Below, in pieces: positions 24,894 to 32,764 of a stretch of DNA of 37,353 nt. The stretch's first letter is position 1, and each line of letters begins with the position of its first letter. Origin of the DNA: Fibrobacter sp. Its GTDB lineage: Bacteria > Krumholzibacteriota > Krumholzibacteriia > LZORAL124-64-63. The translations under genes were made by a program, and so were the position numbers. The stretch lies in the NCBI GenBank assembly GCA_020718045.1, contig DYDD01000005.1:1-37353 (forward strand), given 5' to 3'. The notes under the pieces were generated by a model. The model saw nothing but the letters and a program-made list of their open reading frames with translations. It ran no database searches and was not told the origin of the DNA.

Positions 24894-25396
24894 GGCCGCC
24901 CACCGATCGCCGACCCCGGGAACAGCAGGGGCTGCACCGGACCACCCGCCGCGAGCCCGGCGCGGATCGCCACGCTCTTGGTGCGGCGGCGGTCCTCGAC
25001 GATCTGCTCGAGGTCGTTGCCCGTGGCCTTCGCGAGGGCCTCGGCGTCGGCCAGGCGCTCCTCGAGCTCGCGGATGCGCTGGCGGCGGCGCTCCAGCACG
25101 AGGCGCAGGCGATCCTCCCTGTTGGCCGCCCGGCACCGGCGCGCGACCACGGGGGCGCCGGGGGGTGGTGGAGGCGTACCGGCGAGCCAATAGCGGTTGA
25201 CCCGGCAGACTTCACCGTCGCGGTTAAGGGTCTCGACCTGGTCGCGCTGGACGATCTGCAGGGGGCAGCCGATGCCGCGCTCGATGTCCCAGATGCGGCC
25301 CACCACGTTGGAGATCCCGAGCTCCTGGCGCGCCTCGTGGACGGTCACCGCACCTCGGCGGCGCATGAGGTTGAGCAGCTGCTGGGCCTGGGTCAC
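24890..25396 (-). CDS. Winged-helix/HTH DNA-binding protein (HTH_39-like N-terminus, coiled-coil C-terminus)
   Basis: LLNLMRRRGAVTVHEARQELGISNVVGRIWDIERGIG matches the phage HTH_39-type pattern. GTGA overlap with the ParB-like gene. Confidence 0.55.
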   Translation of the reverse strand: MTQAQQLLNLMRRRGAVTVHEARQELGISNVVGRIWDIERGIGCPLQIVQRDQVETLNRDGEVCRVNRYWLAGTPPPPPGAPVVARRCRAANREDRLRLVLERRRQRIRELEERLADAEALAKATGNDLEQIVEDRRRTKSVAIRAGLAAGGPVQPLLFPGSAIGGRP

Positions 25397-27021
25397 TTCG
25401 CACCCCCTCGAGGTTTTTTCCCGGCCTTCTTCTTGGCGGGCGCGGGCTGGTCGCCGGCCGCGGCTTTCTCGGCCTCGGCGCGCGCGGCGAATTCCCGGAC
25501 GACGGCGTCACGCTCCAGCTCGGTGTCGAGGCCGTAGAGTTCGCAGAGCGCCTTGTGCGGATGACCGAATTCGGCCTGAGCCAGTAGCTCGACCGCGACG
25601 CCGCGCGCCTGGTTGACGTCGAGCAAGGCGATCGAGTCGGGGTGGTGGGCGTTGATCTGGTCCGCATCCAGGAAGCGGCGCAGCGCCGTGATGACCGGCT
25701 CGTCGTCCCAGAATTCGCTGGTCATCTCCGCAAGCAGCTCCGCGAATACGTGCCAGATCATGACCGGCTGCTTGTCGAGGTAAGCCGCGTCCTTCGAGAG
25801 CCGGGCCAGCAGGCGGGCGTTCGTGGCCTCGCGCACGTCGCGCTCGAGGTTGCGGGCGGCGACCGTGGCGCTGGCCCCGTGGGCGGCCGGGCTCTTCTCC
25901 TCGCGATCCTCCCGCTTTGCCTCCTGCTTCTCGCGCAGCAGCTTGTCCGCCTTCTTGCGGTCGACGGCGAAGGTGGTCGCGCCATTGGAGTCGATCAGCA
26001 GCACCTTGCCGAGCGTCTTCAGGCCGGACTTGCCGAGGGCCTTCTCGACGGTGGAGTTGTTCCCGAGGGCGAACGTGTTCGCGTCCAGCGAAACGTACTT
26101 GCCGCGCGCGTAGCTGGCGGCCCTGTCTTTCGCGGCGTCCGGGCCTTCGACCACGGGGATGTTGGCGTCTGCGGCCGCGGCCCGCGCGGCCTCGGTGTAG
26201 AAGAAGACCTTGGACGCCCAGCAGGCGCGGTCCAGGCAGTTGTCGTCCCCCTCGCGGTTTTCCCCCCACAGGTCGCGCTCCACCGAGGTGCGCTTCGGGC
26301 AGGCGGCGCACGAGCCGGAGGTCGGCTCCAGGGTGGCGTCGTCCAGCGCCCAGGGGGCCATCGACAGGCGGGTCACGTACTCGTCGCGGATGAACTGGCG
26401 GGCCTGGCGGACGGTCATGGGTGGGTCACTGGAGCGGTCGCGATCTTCCCTCCAGTCGTCACCCATTACCGCGTCCAGGGCCGCGTCCAGGCTCGCCTCC
26501 GGGACCTGGCGTAGCAGCACCGCCACCGACGGCAGCAGCCGGCCCGCGGTCACGTGCTCGATCACGGCTACCGGCAGGTCGAGGAGGTCCAGGCGCGCCG
26601 CCACGTAGCTGCGGCTGCGGCCGACCGTGGTGGCCACCTGCTCGACCGAGTGGCCCTGGTGGACGAGGTCCATGTAGCCGCGGGCTTCCTCGACCGGGGT
26701 CAGGTCCTCGCGTTGGAGGTTCTCCGTGATCATCAGCTCGAGGGCCTCGGCGTCGGTCGCCTTGGCGACGCGAGCCGGGATCGTGGTCAGTCCCGCGACC
26801 CGCGCGGCGCGCCAGCGGCGCTCGCCAGCGATGATCTCGTAGGAGGCCAGGGGGTGATCGGCCGGGCGAACGAGGATCGGCTGCAGGACGCCGTGCTGGC
26901 GGATGCTGGCAGCCAGATCGGCCATGGCCTGGTCGTCCTTGGGGCGGGCGACCCGGGCGTTGAGATCGCTCGGTACGATGTCGGCGATGTCGAGCGTCGT
27001 GGCGCGGTGGTCGGTGTGCAT
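25393..27021 (-). CDS. ParB/Srx-domain protein (542 aa)
   Basis: The N-terminal part has LQPILVRP...YEIIAGERRWRAARVAGLTTIPARV and ITENLQREDLTPVEEA (ParB N-terminal domain boxes) followed by an HTH. The long C-terminal part contains a CxxC and a Lys-rich tail. Confidence 0.75.
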   Translation of the reverse strand: MHTDHRATTLDIADIVPSDLNARVARPKDDQAMADLAASIRQHGVLQPILVRPADHPLASYEIIAGERRWRAARVAGLTTIPARVAKATDAEALELMITENLQREDLTPVEEARGYMDLVHQGHSVEQVATTVGRSRSYVAARLDLLDLPVAVIEHVTAGRLLPSVAVLLRQVPEASLDAALDAVMGDDWREDRDRSSDPPMTVRQARQFIRDEYVTRLSMAPWALDDATLEPTSGSCAACPKRTSVERDLWGENREGDDNCLDRACWASKVFFYTEAARAAAADANIPVVEGPDAAKDRAASYARGKYVSLDANTFALGNNSTVEKALGKSGLKTLGKVLLIDSNGATTFAVDRKKADKLLREKQEAKREDREEKSPAAHGASATVAARNLERDVREATNARLLARLSKDAAYLDKQPVMIWHVFAELLAEMTSEFWDDEPVITALRRFLDADQINAHHPDSIALLDVNQARGVAVELLAQAEFGHPHKALCELYGLDTELERDAVVREFAARAEAEKAAAGDQPAPAKKKAGKKPRGGAK

Positions 27022-27440
27022 CAGGCACCGCCCTTCACGAACGCCAGGGCGGCCTCGCGGCCCGTATCCAGGAGCAGCTCGTCCTGCAGGATCTCGATGC
27101 CGATCACCAGCGGGAGAGCCCGGGTGACGGCGGCGAGGTCGTCGGCCCTGTTCTCGCTGTAGTCCGTCGTGGCCGTGAAGTAGAACCCGCCGCGCCTCTT
27201 CGCGCCCCAAGGCGGGACGATTTCCGCGGGCATCGCGATCTCGACGTTGCTGACCCCCGGCTGGTCCTCGAGGCGCAGCTGGAGCTGGACCTTGTCGCCG
27301 CTCAGGGCGGCAACGGCCATACTCAGCTCGCTGCGCGCCGGGACCATCAGCTCGATCACCAGGCGGCGGTTGTCGTCGCCGTCGTCGGTGGCCTCGTTCA
27401 GCACGGTCCAGGACTTCATCCATCCCTTGCAGCTCTGCAT
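27021..27440 (-). CDS. Hypothetical acidic protein (139 aa)
   Basis: AAGGAAC RBS before the ATG at 27440. Its stop overlaps the ParB-like start by 1 nt (TGATG). Confidence 0.5.
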   Translation of the reverse strand: MQSCKGWMKSWTVLNEATDDGDDNRRLVIELMVPARSELSMAVAALSGDKVQLQLRLEDQPGVSNVEIAMPAEIVPPWGAKRRGGFYFTATTDYSENRADDLAAVTRALPLVIGIEILQDELLLDTGREAALAFVKGGA

Positions 27441-27558
27441 CGCAGTTCCTTCCTCTTCCTGTTTCTCCCCCGAAACTGCGGGGGCTGGCGGCCGTCACCC
27501 TCCTTGAAGCAGGAGGGCCGAGCGGTGGGGTTGGGCCGGGCGGCCGCCGCTTGCCCGG

Positions 27559-28023
27559 TTACTGCCTGACGGGGCGGCCGCAGCCGCCGGGCGCGTTGGT
27601 CGGCGGCGTGTACGGCACCCCGTAGGGCGACTGCACGCCGAAGCGCCTGGCCGACGTGACGCCCACCATCTGCTCGCCCTGCATCACGGGCGTCGCCACC
27701 CGATCGAAGGCGCGCACGTAGACCTGGTGCGGGACACCCACGGGGACGGCGAAGGTGGCGGTCGGGGTGACGGTGGAGTCGGCCCCGGCTACGGTCTGGA
27801 CCGACCAGGGCGCGGTCCCGATCTTCGACCACCACTGGTAGCCGACCGGGGTGTTGCCGGTGGTCGGGGCGGTCGCCGTGTAGGTGACGGTCTCGGTCTG
27901 GGCGCCGGCCAGAGGCGGGAAGCCGGTCAGGGCGAACAGAAGGAGCGCCGCGGCCAGGATCTGGACCGTGCGTCCTATGTTCCACGTAGAACTTCGCTTA
28001 CCTCCGTCATACCGCATGGTCAT
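27559..28023 (-). CDS. Secreted Ig/FN3-like protein
   Basis: Signal peptide (TVQILAAALLLFALTGFPPLAGA/QTE) followed by Thr/Val/Pro-rich beta sequence. GAGGGGG RBS. Confidence 0.55.
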   Translation of the reverse strand: MTMRYDGGKRSSTWNIGRTVQILAAALLLFALTGFPPLAGAQTETVTYTATAPTTGNTPVGYQWWSKIGTAPWSVQTVAGADSTVTPTATFAVPVGVPHQVYVRAFDRVATPVMQGEQMVGVTSARRFGVQSPYGVPYTPPTNAPGGCGRPVRQ

Positions 28024-28345
28024 GAGAATCCCCCTCGGGGTAGGGCTTGGCCCAGTGGCCTGGTTGTGCCGGGAAGGGATTCATCCCGGCGCTCGGGTTC
28101 GGTTGCAGCTCGACCGCTCGGTCGGGCTTGTGGAGGCTGATCACCTTGGCGTCGTCTGCCCACTCCCGGCGGCCGTGCCAGGTGGGCTCGCTTAAAGTGC
28201 CGCGGCGCTCGGCCCACTCGATCAGGGCCAGGATGCTGGTGCAAACCAGGTAGGCCGCCAGGGCCTCGACCGGGCGCTCGGAGGCGAACCAGAAGAGGGC
28301 CGCGCCGGCCAGGAAGAGGGCGAGGTAGGTCAGGCGGGCGGTCAC
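28007..28345 (-). CDS. Small inner-membrane protein (two TM segments)
   Basis: LTYLALFLAGAALFWF and LAAYLVCTSILALIEW. GTG at 28345 lies in a GTGA overlap. Confidence 0.55.
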   Translation of the reverse strand: MTARLTYLALFLAGAALFWFASERPVEALAAYLVCTSILALIEWAERRGTLSEPTWHGRREWADDAKVISLHKPDRAVELQPNPSAGMNPFPAQPGHWAKPYPEGDSHDHAV

Positions 28346-28746
28346 GGGCGGTCCGCCTCGGAGGGGTCCACCTCAAGAAGATCATCAGGATGCAGACCAA
28401 ATAGACGTGCCATCGGTTCGCGTAGGCCGACACGAAGAGCAACAAGCTCATCTCCCAAAGTAGCGATTCGGGCTTTGTCTTCGGTAAGCCCGCAGGTAGC
28501 CATCGCCTCGGCTGCATTGAGTGAATCGTCGTCGACGTAACTCAGCTCACCATACCCACGCAGGCTATAGCCAATGAGCTGGGCGAACTGCCGGCGGTCG
28601 TCTAACGAAAACTCCATCTCCGCGATGGTGTTCATGTCGCAGCTCGGGTGTGAATCAATTATGTGGCGCACAATGGCGTTCTCTTTAAATCGGATCGTGC
28701 CGCGCGCGTCCGCCTCGAGTGGTTGAATAGGGTGACGTTGGTCCAT
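28342..28746 (-). CDS. Hypothetical protein (134 aa), lower-GC
   Basis: The ATG at 28746 is preceded by GGGGAGGGG, which belongs to the duplicated junction sequence. Confidence 0.55.
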   Translation of the reverse strand: MDQRHPIQPLEADARGTIRFKENAIVRHIIDSHPSCDMNTIAEMEFSLDDRRQFAQLIGYSLRGYGELSYVDDDSLNAAEAMATCGLTEDKARIATLGDELVALRVGLREPMARLFGLHPDDLLEVDPSEADRP

Positions 28747-28749
28747 GCT

Positions 28750-28778
28750 TAGCCCCTCCCCTGTTTGCGCACCAGCGC
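28750..28778. repeat. Copy A of a 29-bp direct repeat (27/29 identical to 29030-29058)
   Basis: TAGCCCCTCCCCTGTTTGCGCACCAGCGC compared with TAACCCCTCCCTTGTTTGCGCACCAGCGC. Confidence 0.8.
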
Positions 28779-28782
28779 CTGG

Positions 28783-29028
28783 TCAGCCCGCATTGAACGA
28801 AGCGCACACGACGCCCTGATCCACATCGTCCGCGGCATCGCCGATATAGCGCACGGTCACGTGATTGGGACTTTCGCACCAGCTCGAGTAGGGAGTTCCC
28901 CACTCCATTTCCCCCCCATTGCCTGGGTCCATCTGGCGCGCCGTATCTTCGTCGGGCGCGGCCACTACCGCGGAGTCGTAGGTTTCATAGCTGTTGTTTT
29001 GCTCCTGACATATCAGAAATAACTTCAT
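28783..29028 (-). CDS. Hypothetical small protein (81 aa), low-GC cassette gene
   Basis: MKLFLICQEQNNSYETYDSAVVAAPDEDTARQ... The ATG directly follows the stop of the upstream gene, and the gene is bracketed by the 29-bp direct repeats. Confidence 0.55.
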   Translation of the reverse strand: MKLFLICQEQNNSYETYDSAVVAAPDEDTARQMDPGNGGEMEWGTPYSSWCESPNHVTVRYIGDAADDVDQGVVCASFNAG

Positions 29029-29721
29029 CTAACCCCTCCCTTGTTTGCGCACCAGCGCATCGATGTAAGTCGCGAAGTGCACGGCCACGCCGCTGCTCAT
29101 GACCGGGACTATGTGAGAGACGTCCTTCAGCTCGAGGTAGCCGATCGACTTGCGCCCCTTCACGGCGGCCCGGTAGACCTCGGGGCTGATCGCGAGCACA
29201 GCGCCGGTTAGGAACTCCTTGCCGGGGACCGGGACGCCCCGGAACTCGACCAGCAGGAAGGCGGCGGCGAGCCGGGGGATCGACGTGCGCTGGAACTCGT
29301 CCAGGAACCGCCGCTGGTGCTCGTGTACGAAGACGCGGCGCTTGGGACCGGTCCCCGACTCGATCGTCAGGCGATCGTCGGCCACGCTTTTGCACTCGAT
29401 AGCCGTCGGGACGCCGAACAGGTGGCCCATGAAATCAATCGTGGCCCGCTCTCGGGCGATGATCGGTCGGTTGATGTGGGTTCCCTCGTCGCACTGGCCC
29501 ACCTGGCGGAACGGCACCGGGACCTTGATGATGCAGCCGTGGCCGCGGCGCGCGTAGGTCTCGCAGCTGTTCTACACTGCGCGCTCGAACTGGTTGCCCT
29601 TCAGGCCGAGGTTGGCCTGGGGCTTCCGCTCTTTGGCGGTTAGACTTGTCCTGGCGAGACTCTTGCCGGCCGCGACCTGCTCGCGGGTTGCCGGACGCCG
29701 GAATGCATTCAGTTTGCTCAC
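29029..29721 (-). pseudogene. RecU-like Holliday-junction resolvase (PD-(D/E)xK) interrupted by one in-frame TAG at 29572-29574
   Basis: ORFs 29572-29796 and 29029-29517 are in the same frame, separated only by TAG. The joined sequence GLKGNQFERAV*NSCETYARRGHGCIIKVPVPFRQV parallels the RecU N-terminal motif (NRGMTLEDDLNETNKYY...AVIHKKPTPVQIV, from memory). IDFMG...AIECKS gives the D...ExK. GTG at 29721 lies in a GTGA overlap. Confidence 0.65.
29030..29058. repeat. Copy B of the 29-bp direct repeat (3' end of the RecU-like gene)
   Basis: See copy A. Here the repeat encodes ...ALVRKQGRG-stop and carries the RBS for the next gene. Confidence 0.8.
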
Positions 29722-29972
29722 CGCCCGGTGACCTCCCGAGGTTGCATTGCCGGCGCCCGGCGCTTCCAGGGCAGCGTGTAGCCGCCTTCTTCCCATGGAT
29801 ACCAGTCGACCTGGTCGAAGACCATCAGCTCGGTCGCGATCTGGGCGAGGCTGATCAGGAGCTCGTCCTTGCCGAGCTTGCCGCAGGCTCGCTTGGCCAT
29901 CTCATCGCGGGCCCGGAGGTGGAAGACCTCGAGCTCGGGGCTCGTCCATCCGGGCCAGCGGCGGTCAGACAT
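29718..29972 (-). CDS. Hypothetical protein (84 aa)
   Basis: ORF with an ATG start. Its stop makes a GTGA overlap with the RecU-like start. Confidence 0.5.
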   Translation of the reverse strand: MSDRRWPGWTSPELEVFHLRARDEMAKRACGKLGKDELLISLAQIATELMVFDQVDWYPWEEGGYTLPWKRRAPAMQPREVTGR

Positions 29973-30183
29973 GATCGCTCCTCATGGCGCGGACACTTTG
30001 CCACGCCTTCCACAGAGCGACGACCAGGCGCTTCTCGCCCTGGGATACAACCCAAGAGCCGCGATAGCAGACGTACCACCCTGGTTTTTCGTAGCCGCGG
30101 CCGCGCATGACCAGCCAATACCCGACACCGAGCGTGTTGATGAACTTTGCGCGGCGGTAGTGAGCAAATTCACGCGTAGGCAT
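29965..30183 (-). CDS. Hypothetical basic Trp/Tyr-rich protein (72 aa)
   Basis: ORF with an ATG at 30183. It overlaps both neighbouring genes by a few codons. Confidence 0.45.
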   Translation of the reverse strand: MPTREFAHYRRAKFINTLGVGYWLVMRGRGYEKPGWYVCYRGSWVVSQGEKRLVVALWKAWQSVRAMRSDHV

Positions 30184-31495
30184 CCTGGCTCACCCCCTGG
30201 CGGCGTTGCTGCAGCAGTTGGTGGACGCGGGAGACGTCGCCTGGGCCGAAGACCGGGAACGGGACCTCCTGGGAAATCAGATCGGCGGTCTCGATGCCGC
30301 GGGCCTCGAGGACCAGGTCGTGTAGGCTCGTACCGACGTCGCCGGCCTCGATCTCGAGCTGATCCGCGAGGCGAGCCATGACGGCGCGGCGCACCGGCGT
30401 CGGGGCGGCCTCGATCTCCGGCGCGATCTGGCTGGGGCGTAGCTTAGGAAGGCGCTCCGACAGGGCGTCGACGGCGGTTTCGTGGGTGGATCGCTTGCTG
30501 TCGAGGGCGTCGCCGACGGACGTGACCAGGTCACGGACGGCATCGTCGGCGTCGTCGAGATCCAGGGCTTCGTGGCCCTGGTGCGGGATGTCGGCCCACT
30601 TTGGGGCGCCCCGCAGGAATTCCATCCAGAGCGGCGCCGTCGCCGCGGTCGGCGGCCAGGTCAGCTTGCGGCCGGCCCTCGTGAACCGCGGCTTGCCGTC
30701 GTCCGGGTCGATGTTCCGCTCGGCGAGCATCTCCCCGATGGTCGCCAGCTGCTTCGCGGTGGCGGGCTTCGTGGGTTTTCTCCCTCCGGGAAGCGCGGCA
30801 GCGCGAGAAGGAGGAGGCGGCGCCGGCGCAGCCGGCGGCGGGGTCGCGCGCGCGCCCGCGCGCTCTTCCTCCTTTTTGAAATGAGAACTCAGAACAGGAG
30901 GAAGGCATTCAGAAGAAGAACTCCCTACTCCTACTCCAGTGCCGGTCGGTCGCTGTTGTTCGCAGTCGTTCGCGGTTGTTCGCACCTCTTCGCAGTTATT
31001 CGCACCCGGTCGCTCCTCGTCCCCCTTGGGTCGCGGGCCTTCGCGTTCGTTCGCAACGAGTTCCGGGTAGCGGGGGGCTGCCGGGGTCTCGCGCCGCAGG
31101 TGGCCGCACCTGGTCAGCCGGCGCAGGCCGTCGAGATACTCGGGATGCTGCTCGAGCAGCTCGGCCGGCGGCAGGGGGTGCGTCGAGGCGGCCCAGTAGA
31201 GGCGACCAGCGTTGTGCTCAAAGCGGCCAGGCAGGAACAGGAGGCCGTCGCCGTAGAAGACCACCAGGCCCTCGTCAGCGAGCTCCTGGATCGCAGCCTC
31301 GACGTCGGCCACTGGGACCTCGGCCTTGTCGAAGAGCGCCGCCTTGCGCTTCCAGGAGCGCGCGGAGGCCTGGGCGCGCCCCTCGTCGTCCGCGTGGCGG
31401 ATCATCGCCTGGTAGACCTGGCGCGCAACGAGGCCACAGCTCAGGTAGCGGTCGTTGTCCTCGAGGGCGGTCGAGACTAGGAAACTGTTTGCCAC
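30170..31495 (-). CDS. Replisome organizer / replication initiator (lambda O-like role)
   Basis: The N-terminal part (FLVSTALEDNDRYLSCGLVARQVYQAMIRHADDEGR...LVVFYGDGLLFLPGRFEHN) resembles the phage replisome-organizer N-terminal winged helix. The low-complexity linker carries the iteron array. Confidence 0.6.
   Translation of the reverse strand: MANSFLVSTALEDNDRYLSCGLVARQVYQAMIRHADDEGRAQASARSWKRKAALFDKAEVPVADVEAAIQELADEGLVVFYGDGLLFLPGRFEHNAGRLYWAASTHPLPPAELLEQHPEYLDGLRRLTRCGHLRRETPAAPRYPELVANEREGPRPKGDEERPGANNCEEVRTTANDCEQQRPTGTGVGVGSSSSECLPPVLSSHFKKEEERAGARATPPPAAPAPPPPSRAAALPGGRKPTKPATAKQLATIGEMLAERNIDPDDGKPRFTRAGRKLTWPPTAATAPLWMEFLRGAPKWADIPHQGHEALDLDDADDAVRDLVTSVGDALDSKRSTHETAVDALSERLPKLRPSQIAPEIEAAPTPVRRAVMARLADQLEIEAGDVGTSLHDLVLEARGIETADLISQEVPFPVFGPGDVSRVHQLLQQRRQGVSQDAYA
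30949..31055. repeat. Iteron array: ten (T/G)TCGC(A/G/T) cores phased at 10 bp (candidate phage origin)
   Basis: Cores start at 30949, 30959, 30969, 30979, 30989, 30999 and 31009, then at 31030, 31040 and 31050. The 10-mer consensus is GTTGTTCGCA. The adjacent 30861-30940 is 46 percent GC. Confidence 0.7.
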
Positions 31496-31537
31496 GTCAG
31501 CTCCGTCTGGGTCGGGTCCGTCGGTCGGTCGCTTCGG

Positions 31538-32218
31538 TCAGCTCTTCTCGGGCTTCGGCGCCAGGGTCCAGGGCTTCCCACAGACCTTGCAGACGGGCAC
31601 TCCATCGGGGCCGAGGTTCAGGCCGGGGGACTCGGGTGTCGCGCCGTTACGGCACGTGCAGGCGCGGCGCCAGGTCTTCTTGTCGGTCATGTCGGTCTCC
31701 CCCTCGGGTGTGGATTGGTCGGCGGCCAGGCAGACCGTCACGATCACCTGGCGGTCGCCGGCGTTCTCGCGGGACCTGAACAGACGCAGCTTGTCCAGGT
31801 AGGACTCAGGGTGCGGCCACTGGCGGCCGAGCGCCGACCATGGGTTCGCCTCGAAGTCGGGCGGGATGTAGGCAGCGATCCGTAACGGCTGTATCATGAC
31901 TGATCTCGGGTACTCCCCGTCGAACAGGGGCCTGGCGAGCTCCATCTCACCAGGCGCGTAGCCGCCGCGGCCTCCCAGTCCATCGGCGGCTAACGTGTTG
32001 TGGCTCAGTGGTTTATTTTTCTGAGCCACCACAAGATATCTACGACCATCAGACCGAACAGAATCTCGGGAGTCATGCGGCATCACCCCCTCGCGGTTGA
32101 AGTAGATGATCACCGGGACGCGGCGCTCGTCGCCGGGCCCGATCTCGACTTCGTCGGCGCCGAAGATCATGCGCGCCGAATCGGCAATGCTGCGCAGGCG
32201 GGAAGCCGTGAGTTCCAC
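31538..32218 (-). CDS. Hypothetical protein with a C-terminal Cys4 zinc-ribbon-like motif (CTC...CKVC)
   Basis: GTG at 32218 overlaps the HNH gene stop by 1 nt (TAGTG). No family recognised. Confidence 0.5.
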   Translation of the reverse strand: MELTASRLRSIADSARMIFGADEVEIGPGDERRVPVIIYFNREGVMPHDSRDSVRSDGRRYLVVAQKNKPLSHNTLAADGLGGRGGYAPGEMELARPLFDGEYPRSVMIQPLRIAAYIPPDFEANPWSALGRQWPHPESYLDKLRLFRSRENAGDRQVIVTVCLAADQSTPEGETDMTDKKTWRRACTCRNGATPESPGLNLGPDGVPVCKVCGKPWTLAPKPEKS

Positions 32219-32748
32219 TACACGCCCCTCCTGTCGTGGTGCGCCCACCGAATCCCACATAGGATGTTGTTGATCTGGTTCCTGCTTACCCCATAGAGCT
32301 TGGCAATTTGGACCTGCTTGAGCGCGGTATTTTCATCAATGAACCTGATTGCGTAGACGTCGGACTCGCTCAGTCTCGTGTCGCGAGATCGCCCAAAGTG
32401 GCGTCCCTTGGACACCATGTCGGCCATGTTGTCGGCCTGGTTCCCGAGGAACAGGTGCCGCGGGTTCACGCACGCCCTGTTGTCGCAGCGGTGGAGCACA
32501 AATAGCCCCCCGGGGATTTCTCCGTAACTGATCGTCCAGCTGAGCCGGTGAGCGCGCCACGTCTTCCCGCGCAAAAAGAACTTCCCGTAGCCCAGGTCAA
32601 ACAACCTGGTGAACTCATGGCACCCGCTGCTGCCATTCACGCTGATGAGCGAATGAAACCTTTGTAATTCGCGGCCAGACATCTGTAGGCACGACGATGC
32701 GACAGGCGCACCGCGCGCGTGATGGCTGCTGGCGACAGCGGGTCCCAT
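32218..32748 (-). CDS. HNH homing endonuclease (HNH_3-type) with a C-terminal HTH-like tail
   Basis: Contains CHEFT...GYGKFFLRGKTWRAHRLSW...GLFVLHRCDNRACVNPRHLFLGNQADNMADM. The gene body is clearly lower in GC. The ATG at 32748 uses the conserved junction; an alternative ATG is at 32682. Confidence 0.8.
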   Translation of the reverse strand: MGPAVASSHHARGAPVASSCLQMSGRELQRFHSLISVNGSSGCHEFTRLFDLGYGKFFLRGKTWRAHRLSWTISYGEIPGGLFVLHRCDNRACVNPRHLFLGNQADNMADMVSKGRHFGRSRDTRLSESDVYAIRFIDENTALKQVQIAKLYGVSRNQINNILCGIRWAHHDRRGV

Positions 32749-32764
32749 CAGCGCACCCCCTCGG
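32743..32764. repeat. Junction repeat copy 1: TCCCATCAGCGCACCCCCTCGG
   Basis: Identical 22-mer at 33685-33706 and a near copy at 34715-34733. On the minus strand it reads CCGAGGGGGTGCGCTGATGGGA, which is RBS, stop and start together. Confidence 0.85.
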
